64,000 nucleotides of DNA from Chrysomallon squamiferum (taxonomy: Eukaryota; Animalia; Mollusca): assembly GCA_012295275.1 (NCBI GenBank), contig CM022673.1, positions 9,052,001 through 9,116,000 of the forward strand. The letters run 5' to 3'. This document shows, piece by piece, positions 63,226 to 64,000 of this stretch. The notes beneath the pieces were generated by a model, which was not told the origin of the DNA, did no database searches, and worked only from the letters and a program-made list of their open reading frames with translations. The translations under genes and the position numbers were made by a program. Every line of letters starts with the position of its first letter. Positions within the stretch are counted from its first letter, which is position 1.

Positions 63226-63838
63226 GGTACAAGGGTCATATAAAAGTGACAGAAATTAAAACTCATTCCCTCTCACACAATGGAAGTGCTAGCTGAAGTC
63301 GTAAACAGCGATTTAGGACAATTAACTGCGTCATTTCACTTGAAAAGAAATTTTCGAAATCTGGGAAAATACAATAAGTATGTCAATTAAAGTGGACACT
63401 TGCGGTTTTTAATAGTCTGCCGCTTTTCAGCTCCACAGTGACTTGTTCGTGGTTTAATTAAACCCGTTTAACATAATTAAAAACTTTCAAGAATCATAGC
63501 AAAGGCTTTTAATAGCCCGATTTATATAACAATGGTAGCTGTTAATGTGTATATGTCAGAGGTTTGTAGCTTAGAGGTAATATAGCCCAGACGTTGGTGT
63601 TATATTTCTCTTCTCTTGCCTAAGGATGATTTCCCCGTCCAGTCCACAGCCGCAAGACAGGATAGAGAAGTGAAAGAATGTTAAACACTTGATAGTAATT
63701 TTAATTAATTACGTGTCATACCTTCGTTTTATTATCATCTGTAGCATTTCATCTATGCTGTCATGTTTTCAAAGTAATTTCCAACATTCCAAAAATAATT
63801 GTTTTTTAAAAATTGCAATACAGGTCTTCAAAAATATC

Positions 63839-63870
<32 letters not shown>

Positions 63871-63884
63871 AACATACATAATAT

Positions 63885-63939
<55 letters not shown>

Positions 63940-64000
63940 ATGTGTATGTGTGTGTGTATATATATATATATGTGTGTGTGTGTATGTATGTGTATGAATA

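Overview
AT-rich, microsatellite-dense eukaryotic (invertebrate, plausibly molluscan; inference) genomic DNA, not prokaryotic. Architecture: bases 1-9241 recur as a near-identical direct repeat at 34260-43587 (period about 34.26 kb). After a 200-N gap and an untrimmed Oxford Nanopore adapter, 43818-64000 is a more diverged, inverted copy of the same unit lacking about 3.0 kb and about 6.6 kb blocks. The only host gene found is a two-coding-exon, 297-aa membrane-anchored class I SAM-dependent methyltransferase, present twice (30141-31621 minus; 55805-57225 plus). It looks like a type II Golgi-luminal enzyme and is a candidate glycan O-methyltransferase. A 5'-truncated I-group LINE (APE remnant, RT, RNase H, CCHC; structured 3' end, (TCCA)n tail, 7-bp TSD) is nested inside a Tigger/pogo deletion derivative. 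There are also hAT MITEs, a MULE transposase remnant and other TE fragments. Most short ORFs in the track are microsatellite artefacts. All alignments were done by eye and family assignments rest on recalled motifs, not searches.
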